From NCBI RefSeq assembly GCF_006345805.1, contig NW_021832430.1, positions 434,001 to 467,000 on the forward strand: a stretch of DNA of 33,000 bases, given 5' to 3'. Below, one piece after another: positions 19,769 through 30,368 of the stretch. Position 1 is the stretch's first letter, and every line of letters begins with the position of its first letter. The stretch is from Octopus sinensis. Taxonomy: Eukaryota. The notes below the pieces were generated by a model. It was not told where the DNA came from and searched no databases. It saw only the letters and a program-made list of their open reading frames with translations. Both the position numbers and the translations under genes were made by a program.

Positions 19769-20350
19769 CTAATTAAGAGGCGGAACCGCAGCCGAGAGGA
19801 GGATCGAGGAACAGTTCCCCCTTAGAACTGCGAGAGAGATGCGCTCAAAAAGCCACATCAGTTCACGGGGGTCGTTCCTTGCCCTTCCCAATGACCTTCC
19901 GATCTTCGAGAGGAAACGGAGAGTAGACGGGCCAAGTACACCGGAAGTTTCCACTGACACCGGTTCGAAGATGAAACGGTCCATCAGGGAGGCGTACTTA
20001 GATGCCTTCTTCGTCTCCGCCCTCTTGGCTGCTGAGCCAGCCTCGACCGCCGACAAGGAAAGACATGATGATGCGAAAGTATCAGAGCATGTCGCATCCC
20101 AGACGATTGCTTTCCCGTTCTTGTAGGGAAAGAGTGAGACCCCGTCAGGTCTCTTACCATCCTCCCTTAGAAGGCCAGGAGGCTCCAGCTGACAGGGAAA
20201 TCCGGCTGCTTCAAGTGCATGTTTTACTACGGAATTTAATTCAGAATGCCTGGGAATCCGGCCAGGGCTTTTGCGACAGGAAAGTGGATGGAGACCTTTC
20301 CGATCTACGACAGAACCACAGCGGCAAGTGTGTGGAAAGCAGATGTCCAG
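19769..20350 (-). mobile_element. 5'-truncated CRE-like retroelement with an intact reading frame (zinc knuckle + RLE)
   Basis: Uninterrupted frame: CRCGSVVDRKGLHPLSC..RHSELN..LEPPGLLREDGKRPDG..WDATCSDT..KKASKY..FEPVSVETSG..ERISLAVLRGN*. Confidence 0.9.
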
Positions 20351-21459
20351 ACAATGAATGAATGCTTTTTATGAAGAAAAGAACGAGAATAATATGGGGA
20401 AATGTGATAAAGGAAACAATTGCTAAGGGCAATCGAGCACTTCCTGTTGTACGTTTGGGTTGCCGTCGGGAGTCCTAGTTAGTCAGCTAACTATAAATGA
20501 CCTCGAGTTGATGTAGTTTTCATTATTACATGGGCCATTTTTAGAGTGGAATTAATTTGCCTTGCATTTCGTGTCTATTGAAACAATTTAATATGCATAT
20601 TTTGTGTTGACACGGTGCTGGCGTACAGTGGAGATAGACACTCTTCGATAGCAGTTTGTTCCATAGTTAGTTATTCAGTCCGACATCACTATCATGTAGG
20701 AAACCGGTGGCAATCATAAACGCGTAACTATTATTGGTTGCTTTTACAAGTCCGAACAAGCTTTTTGGTTGAAGAATAAATATATGCAAAACTTGTTTGG
20801 AATAATCATGGAACTAGTTTTGGATAATTTTCGATGATCGAACGCTGGAGTACCACATTTTGAAACCCAATGAAATAGTCGGTTGGGTTGATTTTAGGCA
20901 TCCATCACATTTTATAATATCTGAAGCTTAACCATTGATTCTTGTCAGATCATTGCGATCAAATCGGACAAGCATAATTGTGTGGTGTCTTTGAAAATTG
21001 TTTGTACACAAGACTAGGCTTCTTTTTTGTAGACAACTTTAGATTTTAAATATGTGAAATTTTCTATGAATATTTAATGTAAAGGTAACTTTTATTTTGG
21101 TGTTAAATTTGTAGTTTTGTTTTGCACTTTGATGTAATTGCACTCTTATTTTAACAAATTTATTATTTCACTCCTTATTGTTGGAAATCTTTCTTTTTCT
21201 TTTAGGGGAAGAATTTGCTACTAGTTCCTTACTCTCCTCGCTCTCTATCTTTCCGGTGGACAGCTGTTATATGTTCATAACTTCAATTGACGTGTCCCAA
21301 TAGAATGCCAGTTCCACATGTTGGTCAGCAGATATTCTTTACTAGATAGCTTTTTCACATGTTTATGTAGAAATAACATACTTTTGAAAGTTCTTTTCAG
21401 TACAAAGGATTGAATATAAATTCTCGTTGCTTTTTCAATTAATATTTTATCAAGTAATA

Positions 21460-22066
21460 TGTCGCGAGCGCAGCGCGCGACCGATCGCTAGACGCGACTT
21501 TGACAGCTAACAAGCGTATCATCAAGAAATATATTTATTAAATTATTTAAAATTTTAACATGATTTAAAATTAAAATTGAAATAACTTAAGTTTTCCATT
21601 GAATCCCATAAAATAATTTATAAGTAGACCTTAATAGAAAAAGTAAAATCAATGAATACTGAACGCTAATTTGGTTTAGGTTGTGAAGGGGGTAATAATT
21701 TGACAGATCTCATTGCTATTTTTTCGTTTTAATCTCTAAAATTAGGTCTTCTAATCAAAAATGAACTGTGCAGACAGGCTTGCTTCTTCAGAAGATTCTT
21801 GTTTTGACATTTTAATAAATTATGAAGTATTTAGATTTTTTCTCATTATTCTAAAATATCAATTATAAATTTTAAAATATTATTTTTATTTATGAAATCG
21901 GTTTTAAAGCTCATTCTGCTTGGCATCGATTTTAATTTTTGTTATCGAATATATTTAATCCCAAATACAAGCCTGGGTATTTGTCAATTTATAGATTTTT
22001 TGATTGATCGGATCTAGAAATTGAGTGGTCGCTCGCTGCGCTCGGTCGCTCGCTGCGCTCGCGACA
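21460..22066. mobile_element. 607-bp TIR element (MITE-like) with TGT..ACA ends and 5-bp TSD
   Basis: Inverted termini tgtcgcgagcgcagcg(c/a)gcgaccga(t/g)cgc, 27/29 identical; direct TAATA at 21455-21459 and 22067-22071; AT-rich non-coding interior. Confidence 0.75.
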
Positions 22067-22352
22067 TAATATTTAAAGCATTTTGAGAGAACTCCATCCC
22101 ATGTCGAAGACCACGGAATAGTTTTCATTTGTGCTTCATAGAGTATCGGGAGTTCATTTGCTGATAAACCATATTTATGAAATTTCTCGATTTCGACTTG
22201 TTTGAGGCCGTCTTGTGATGTAATCTTTATTAAAGTTATTTCCTCTTAAATTTTATTATAAACAAAAATATCAGGTTTTTATGTATTGAAATTTTGTTTC
22301 TGCCATAATTGACATATCAGCACAAATTTCAACATTCTGTGTCGATATAGAC

Positions 22353-23240
22353 CAGCGTTGCCCAACCTGTTTGTGCTCGCGGTACCTAAAACTAGGTTTT
22401 TTTCTCCCGGCACTTAAAAAATCAATATTCATTAGAAATGTTTTTTTAATTAATATATTCAAGAAACTTAACAAAAAATTACCAAAAGTAATTATAATAA
22501 CTAATGAGACACTTGTGCTTGTTTATATGCACACAAAATTTCCAGACGGGGACGAATTTGCGACAAACATACGCGGAGGTCATCTTCAACTGATAACAAC
22601 CTATTTCTGGTTTTTGATTTAATGTCGACAAGACAAGAGAAAGCTTGTTCACACTTATATGACGCTGAGAACTGAAACAATATTTTGATTGCTTTTTTAA
22701 AAATTGAAGGATAAGAATCTTTTATCAAAATCCAGAACTTATCTGTCGTCATTTCGGTAAATTTAATTTTTAATGTTGACAAAGCTCCTCCTCTTCTGTT
22801 AGAGTATTCAATATTAAAAGACGGAAATTAATGATTAAATCATTAATTTTTACATGATTCTTCCAAATATTTAGTTTCTGTTTAAATCCAAGGATTTTAT
22901 CAGTTGAAGTTAACACATTCTCGAAATTTCCTTGTAAATACTTATTTAACGAATTTATATGTTTGAATATATCAGCCAAATACGCCAACCTATAAAAATG
23001 TTATGAATAATTATTCAGAATTACCTTAATAACCATTCTTTATTTTCGAAACATGAAACAAAGTAAATTTTATTTAACTGTCGAAAATATTGGTACATTT
23101 CTTCTTTTAGTTCATATACTCTGGATAAAATTTTCCCTCGACTAAGCCATCTGATGTCTGTGTGGAATAATAGAGTGGTATGTTCTTTATCAAAATCTTG
23201 GCACAAATTTTTAAATGATCGATAAAGAAGAGTAAACTTT
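22353..23240 (-). mobile_element. hAT Buster/ZBED5-like transposase remnant with one intact terminus
   Basis: TIR CAGCGTTGCCCAACC at 22353, preceded by ATATAGAC (nnnTAnnn). Fragments LLFHTDIRWLSRGKIL, AYLADIFKHINSLNKYLQG and YKCEQAFS..KSKTRNRL..DDLRVCLS. The 5' half and second TIR were not found. Confidence 0.88.
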
Positions 23241-23345
23241 AAAACTTCGTTGTGTCTTCGAAGATAATAACTTTCAAACATTTTACCACACTGGGTGGTC
23301 AAATGCTCGACTTTTCCTGCTTTTGCAATGATTGGATAAAGACCC
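23240..23345 (-). mobile_element. Short RLE-type (R4/NeSL-like) retroelement zinc-knuckle fragment
   Basis: VEHLTTQCGKMFESYYLRRHNEV resembles the ETxxHxxxxC....YxxRH(D/N)xV motif of RLE non-LTR elements. Confidence 0.45.
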
Positions 23346-23448
23346 AATGAATGCGAAAAATTAATTAAATCTAAAATTATACTTAATATATACACAGTGC
23401 TTGATATTTTTTGTCAATTTACATCTAAAGTAGTCCAGAAAACTAATA

Positions 23449-25178
23449 CAGTCCGACCTTGAATTGGAACACTAAGTGTTCCAAAAACTGAGGTTTTAAA
23501 ACCAATATAAATTTAATAATTTAATTAATGCAAAAAAGTCTTAAATATTATTATTTATTGAAAAATAGTCATCGATCCTTTTCCATAACCATAATTTTTC
23601 TTCAAACTACTGAACAAATTTTGTCTGAAACAGTAAAAATCATTTAACAAAATTGGAGCTATGTCTAGAACTGATTCTTCCAATTCATTCACTTTTGTTA
23701 CTACTTCTTTGACCTATTCTGTTTATTTTGCATACCACTGTAAAAAATTTCTTCATTATCGCTGCTTTCCGTATTTTCCAACACTTCGTCTACAACTTGT
23801 TCTATAACATCATCCGTCAGATTATCAGAAACAACAAATATTTCATTGCCGAAAGTATTATCCCAACAATTTGTAATTATTTTGGAGGATACATTTTGCC
23901 ACGATTTCGATACTATTATCAATGATTGGCGTAAATTAATTTTTTAAGTAAGTCGCAGTAAAAATTTTCTTCATCTATACAACAAATAAATTCAATTAAC
24001 GCCTTCGAATAATTATCTTTAAAAGCTTTGATTATCCCATTATCCAATGGTTGAAGAATTGGAGTTGTATTTTTGGGTAAAAACAGCAATTCGATATTTG
24101 AGAGCGATTTATTTTCATGACACAAAGCGTTATCAAGAATTATTAAAATTTTTCTCTTTTCCATTTTCATTCGTTCATTCACTAAGAATAACCATTATCT
24201 CTTGTCATCCAGGCATTTTTGGAAGATGAGTACATAGCACCATAATCCGCAGGGTTAAAATTTCTGAAACATCTGGGATTTTTAAATTTCCCGATTATTA
24301 AAGGATCAAATTTTTGGCCTGAATAACTGCAGCAAAAGTGCAAAGAAATTTTTTCCTTATTTATTTTAGACCCTGACGCTTTTTTATTTTTTTTTGTACG
24401 AATGATTTTTTGGGGTCTTTTTTATAAAAATACAAGTTTCATCAATGTTAAAGATATTATTTTTTCCAAATTGATCAATTTTTTCATGGAAAACTTTTAA
24501 AAATGATTGAATTCCATCACGATTACATGAGTTTTTTTCGCCGCTAAGGATTTTGAATTTGAGTTCATGTCTTTTTTTAAAATTCATTAACCAACCATTC
24601 GATGCTTTAAAGCTTGTAATGTTCAATTTACCCGCAATTTTCAAACCTTAAAACAATGTGAGCAAAAGTAAAATTACCAATTTTTTTTGATAAGAGGACC
24701 TGAAACTGGAATATTTTGGAGCCGTAATTGTTGAAAAACGTCGAGAACTTTACTATCTAATATTTTAAAAATATCATCAGTTTTTGTTTCAGTCCGAAAA
24801 TTTGGAATAATGTTCCCACAGGTTATTTGCAGCGTAATCGTTTTTTTTTATTCGAGCAATTGTGCCAATGCTCGTTTCATATTTTTGTGCAAGTACTCTG
24901 TGTGAATGACTTTTTAGTTGTCGAGCAATTTCAACCTTTTTCTTGTAACTGAGACCCATAATGATTTAGCGTGGAGTTTTTTTTAATCCAAATTAATTAA
25001 TTTTTTTTAATGACTAGAAATAAATAATAATAATAAATTTTGTTCCAAATCGAGGTTTTCATTTAAAAGGAATTATTTATTCTAGGCAGAGATCTCACAA
25101 AGTGTTCCAAAAACTGAGGTTGTTCCAAAAACTGAGGTGTTCCAGCCCCGAGGTCTGTTCCAAATCGAGGTCGGACTG
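23449..25178 (-). mobile_element. pogo/Tigger-like (IS630-Tc1-mariner) transposon, 1730 bp, disrupted transposase
   Basis: 23-bp TIR CAGTCCGACCT(T/C)GA(A/T)TTGGAACA with TA on both sides. Fragments FKASNGWLMNFKKRH, NIFNIDET, ILIILDNALCH and FLPKNTTPILQPLDNGII, with frameshifts. Subterminal GTTCCAAA repeats and the palindrome ttggaacac-taa-gtgttccaa (23464-23484). Confidence 0.93.
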
Positions 25179-25312
25179 TAGTGCAGTAATATTGCGTCAT
25201 CTGTCACCGGATTTGCTATCTTAATTGCGTAAAATGTTAAAAATAATAAATTTAATTATTGGAATACTGAAATTTTAAATGAAAGTATATAAATGTATAG
25301 TGTTTATAAAAT

Positions 25313-25453
25313 AAAAAGGAGAATAACACTAGACAGAACCGGCTCGCAGAATTGTAAGACAATTCCTTATTCGGAGGATCTCGCTGACTGTTTTACACAG
25401 GAATTGTATTTCAATTCTGTGAGGCGGTTCTGTCTAGTTTTTTTCTCCTTTTT
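25313..25453. repeat. 141-bp fold-back: 55-bp inverted arms (49/55) around a 31-nt loop
   Basis: Arms 25313-25367 and 25399-25453 compared base by base. Confidence 0.9.
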
Positions 25454-25913
25454 GTTTCACTAACTTAATTATTTGTTCTCAAAATAAAAATAGCGAATGA
25501 AATTAACAGGGTCAAATATGACTAATCCATTAGTAATATAATAATCGGGGAAATTACATTTAATATCAATAAATCAGTTTTATTATTAAACAGGCAATAA
25601 CTGTTCCATTTTTTAGTTATCAGTAAAAAAAATAATAAAAGGCAATTTTTGATTAACAATTAGTTATTAAAAAAGCAATTCACTGTCAAAACATCATTAG
25701 CCGGATTAGTGACTTAGTATTAAGGATTAAAAAATCAATTAAAGGAAGCATCCAATAAAGTAATATAGAAATGTCTAATCGGATATTAAATTTTTATTAT
25801 TATCTTAAGAGATAAAAAAAAGAGTAATAAAGATCAATAAAAAAAAATTATAAAGCGAGAATGTTTTACAAAAATACATAATAATACTACGAAAGGGCCA
25901 AATAATAGAACAT

Positions 25914-27510
25914 CTACTGATGAATGGAAGAGTCATCCAAGTTATTAATTGAGTCATTCAAATGATCTTTGTCATTCTTGTCAAAATCCGAAAGAGAATC
26001 ATCTTGGAGTGGAGTACTATGTCCGTTAACATTGTCAAAGTTATATTTTTCAGGTTTGAAATCCAACCGATCATCATTCCTCGTGCACTTTTTTTTGCCT
26101 CTACAAATACACGAATAAGAAATACCTACAGTGCTTGCACCATAAATGACGTTGCTTTATTCCTAATAGTGCACGACATTTCTTCGAATTTGAGCATTCG
26201 CCTGAAAGATAAATCAGTGAAATACCCATTTCCTCAGATGCAAAACACGGAGACCGAAAGCGACGCTTTTTTACACGCGAGGCGTAATTGTCACGTGCAC
26301 TCCAATTTGGATACAATTTTCTGTGTTTTTCCTTTTCGTCTCTGGCTATTTCGTAGTATTTATTCTGCTCCTGCTTGTCTAGTTCATGCCACTGGGACGT
26401 AAGACTTAGACATAACCTTTTTCCCGAGGATTTGATTCACGCTGGCTGATTCCTTCATTGTGGATTCGACCATGATTTCGTTTCTTTTCTCTCTCATGTA
26501 AATCATGAATGCATTCAGAGGCTTCTTGACGTATGGACGCACCGGGAGTTCGGACTGCTCTTTTGGTCTTTTGATTAGCAAGACAAGAAAACCCTGGACA
26601 TGGTCCATTAACGTTCCAATTTTGGGAATGTTGCCCGTTTTCAAACTTTCCGGGTTTCATATCTGTGACAGTGGGCGGGAACTGTGGAGTTGGGCATCCG
26701 GGAAAAGGAGAGGGGAAGGGAAACGCGGATCGAGGGAACAATTGAGGATTCTACATTATTATGACAGTTAAAGTGTCAGTTGTTATTAAAATCGTGTTAA
26801 AGACAGGCTTAATTGAAAATGTCATTGTTGGTAGCTGGGCTAATGAGCAATGACAATTGGCGATATAGAAGATAACTAACATTAACATTCAAACTAATAA
26901 CCACATTAAGTGGATTAATAAAATACGTACAATTGATTGAGGATACATGCAAGGGTGAAACACGACGGGGGCAAACACTCCAAATGGATTCCAATTTGGA
27001 AATCCTATTCAATTAGTATACATAAAAAAACCATTTCCACCAAGCGAGAATGGATTAAGTCCGACTTGTTGGGTTGAATTGGCTTTCTGAAATTGTTTAT
27101 AAAAGAATGAAATAAAATTATGCAACATAACCCAATTGTAAAAGAATATCTCAGCATGGAAAAGAGCACAGCTGCCAAGCAAACAAAAAGATAATTTCTT
27201 AGGCACTCCAACAGTCCAAACTGTTGCTACAAGTGAGCTCGTTGTGACAATGACTGCTGTCATACAATCAATAAATCATCATTAAAGTTGACAGTAACTA
27301 AGTCTATTCAATGCCAGAAATGCGTCACGTTGATCAAAACAAATGATATTTAGGAATATTAATATATACCTGAGTCGTTTCTTCCAGCAGCCCAATTCCT
27401 TCGAGTGTAAAGTTCTCCGAAGACTTTTTTTCTCCATCGCCTTCATCACAATAAACCTTGACTTCTTTGCTTGGACTGTGTTCATCATTGCACATGGTGG
27501 AATCAGTCAT
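25914..27510 (-). CDS. TCF: TCF/LEF (pangolin) transcription factor (~335 aa, 8 exons) with beta-catenin-binding domain, HMG box, basic tail and C-clamp
   Basis: N-terminal EVKVYCDEGDGEKKSSEN; HMG VKKPLNAFMIYMREKR..KESASVNQILGKKWHEL..YYEIAR..LYPNWSARDNY; basic tail RVKKRR; C-clamp KKCRALLGIKQRHLWCKHCRGKKKC. Introns of 283, 27, 180, 25, 25, 24 and 25 nt give a spliced length of 1008 nt, in frame. The two long introns are less certain. Confidence 0.92.
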
Positions 27511-27526
27511 ATCTAATAATCAAAAA

Positions 27527-27549
27527 GGCGGCGGCTCTTTTATTTGATC
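27527..27549 (-). promoter_or_regulatory. Candidate C-clamp Helper site (GCCGCCGCC) beside a near-consensus HMG site (aTTTGATC)
   Basis: A GC island 17-25 nt upstream of the TCF ATG in AT-rich DNA; matches the Helper consensus GCCGCCR. Confidence 0.3.
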
Positions 27550-28998
27550 GTTTTAAACCGATAAAGTTGCGTGAGCCGACGTGCGTTGTCTATTGATCAT
27601 TCAGTATTTATTGACGTTACATATTGATATTGCCCATCCTTTAATATTCCCAAATCTCAAAATAGTGCTTACAAACTACGTCCAATTGAATTGTTCAGTT
27701 TATTGATATTATTTGTTTAATTAAATTATATTACATAATTATATTAAATCGACGGAGGAAAACACCCTATTATTTTTCAATTGATCATTTTACAAGATTC
27801 CCTGTCTAGTCAATGTTTAATTAGTGACTGGGTAATGTATGTGGTCAGTATCCTTGATTCTCCGTTATCTCCTGTTTGCGGTTGGTCTAAATCATTAATT
27901 GTACCAAATTATACAAATTCTGTTTTCTGAATAAATCTAGAATTAAAACTAACACCTTTGATAATTTTAAATAAAATAGGATAATTTTACTTGTTTAATT
28001 AAAGGATTTAAATTCGTCTTATCTTAATCGGTCAAGTAGAATTGATCGTAAATATAGTTTAATTTGCATCAGATATTTAATTACTCATTTTAATCAGGTG
28101 TATGCACCGAATCATGCCCTAATCCATTAATGGATCTTTAGCATTTGACATACTTTTTATTTGCAAAACCGCAAAGGAAGAGACAATTTAAGTGCTTTGC
28201 TGACCACATAATCCCAATAGGCTGAATGGCTCTTTAGTCAATAGAATTTTTCCGATTCTGAAAATGGACAGAATTGGAGCCTTTACGAAGAACCGGCTTA
28301 AAAAGTGTCTAACCTCATTACGTAAATACTTCAAATAGAAGATCAAAGTAATCTAATTTTATCACTATTTTTTCCAATTTGGTTTTATTTTGTAAGCTCA
28401 TGGATTCTATGAGATATCATTTATACTCCACCTAAGTATCCATAGTCAACAACTACACACTCAACCTTATCCCCGCACCATTATGGGGCTGGGTAATCCT
28501 TTTAATCCCATCTATCTTGTCGATAGAAAAACTTGAAAAAGTCTACAGTTACAAATCTTCTTATTTAAAAATGTAGAAAATTTCTCTGAATGCGTAATTT
28601 GTACAAAACAAAATTCCTTACAAAATTAAGTAGTTAATTTAATTTCCGTAACTTGTAAGCCCGCGATAATTAAACTCCGTCTTTTAGATGAATAACCTCG
28701 CTAATATTCTCTTTCATCTTATACGAATCGTTCCTCATCGACCCAGATGTCTTATATACATTACTGTTTCAGAAGGTCAAAACTAGGAACGTCCAATACA
28801 TATTCAGAGATTTTATGCCCATATTTATTCTGCCCATATTCACAACCACAATAAATGCTATTTTTGTTTGTGTTTATTGTAAACAAATTTTATATTTTAT
28901 TTCAATAATTTATATTTAATTTTATCCTTGAAAAACAGCAAGCAATTACTGCACATTAAAATAAAATATTATCCTTGAACTGGTGACATTATCTAAAT

Positions 28999-30093
28999 CA
29001 GGGGTTCACAACATTTTTAGCTCAAGGGCCGCACAAAAAGATTTTATATTTTTATATTTTCCAAGCCGGTAACTCGCTTGCAATCCGAAGTGCACCCACT
29101 GCTGATGCGTAATGAGTTTTTGGACTCTTTTTTTTTCTTTTTTTAATTTCCATTTCCTTTATAAAGAAATAAAAGCTAAAAAATCTACAAAAAGCGTTGT
29201 AACTAAAAAGAAAGTATTATTTATTTATTAAGTTTTTGAAATCCGGAATAAGTAAAGTCTAAGAAGTTCGTAAAAGCTGACGTAGAATTTTTTGAATTTG
29301 TCTTGAGGAATTAATTCGTAAAAATTAATAATGGACGCATTTTTGAACAATGCCGCCAGTTCTATATCATGTTGTAAATTAATGAGTTCTAGTTGAAACT
29401 TTGCAGGCGCATCCTTTATTTCCACGCTGAATGGAGCTGCAAATATTTGCATTAAAGGAAAGAATTCTTTAAAATTCTAAAAAATTAAATTTATATAAAT
29501 GTACCCCAAAACGTGCTTCAAATTGATTAATTAAATCACCAATTATGTATATGTTTAACCTTATTTATTTATTTATTTATTAAACACAGTTAAGACCGAA
29601 CTAATTAGCGTGTGATCCCGACGCACTTCGACGGAGATCCTACGGAAAGGTTCAATCCTATGCAAAGTGCATCGTCCTGCGACGACAATGTCCCAGGGGG
29701 TAGGAGAGCTATTGGTCCTTTTTCGGTGAGCATTAGGTGCCCCCTCGGCGTTTCCAAATCCAGTCGAAATCTCCAAGTGAATTTGGTGGACCACGTAACG
29801 CCTTTCTAAGGCCGGATAGGAAGGAGATCCCTTTTTGACATACTGTGTCGTGCCAGATGTACTCGTCACCTCACGGGCAAAGAAACTTCGACGAGATTAA
29901 CCCCGACTCCAAAGTAGCCTCTTCTGGATTCGAACCCACGACGACTGAATTCCAGTATCCAGGGCATACTCTTCAGCCAAGAGGGCCTTAAGAATAAATA
30001 ATTAAATTTTAACATTATTAAAAAATTAAAAAAGTTAGTTACTCTAAAGGGGCCGCAAAAAAAATCCTGGGGGCCGCATTTGAGAACCGCTGA
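28999..30093 (-). mobile_element. Non-autonomous hAT (Buster/Charlie group) element with a nested SINE
   Basis: TIR CAG(G/C)GGTTC(A/T)CAA, perfect 8-bp TSD ATCTAAAT (28991-28998 / 30094-30101), GGGCCGC subterminal motifs, and a transposase C-terminal fragment at 29228-29452 (FAAPFSV..FQLELINLQ). Confidence 0.9.
29561..29987 (-). mobile_element. tRNA-derived SINE (~427 bp) with (TAAA)n tail
   Basis: 74-nt tRNA-like head at 29914-29987 with box A TGGCTGAAGAG (29969-29979) and box B GGTTCGAATCC (29926-29936), a GC-richer body and a (TAAA)5 tail. Confidence 0.85.
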
Positions 30094-30368
30094 TCTAAAT
30101 TCTTCCGAGTTCAAATGACAAAGCTCTTAAAATCCCCAAAAATGATGCAAATATAGCAACATCTAAACCCATCAATGACCACTTCTCCTCTCAGGTCATC
30201 AGATTTTTGAAAGACAAGTCACTACATTGCTTTTCTTTACATCTCAAAAGTTAGCATCTCACTAAATAAATAAAAATTAAATGATCCGAGAATTGAATTT
30301 TGAGTCATTCATATTTGAAAAGTTATTTTCCCTTTAAGCACTCAAAACATAAATGGTGAATTAATTTA

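Noticed and set aside
20400-21000. Possible small spliced gene on the - strand
   Set aside because: One intron-like 27-mer is present, but no coherent recognisable product.
6640-27525. Spliced-leader trans-splice acceptors before start codons
   Set aside because: An AG close to the ATG is seen for TCF and perhaps ALIX but not for SUMO or RNPS1; there is no consistent pattern without transcript data.
29914-29987. Functional tRNA gene
   Set aside because: The acceptor, D and anticodon stems are imperfect, there is no oligo-T terminator directly after it, and it continues into a SINE body and tail.
12621-30093. Two hAT elements of nearly equal length (1096 and 1095 bp)
   Set aside because: Their interiors are unrelated and one includes a ~427-bp SINE, so the match is coincidental.
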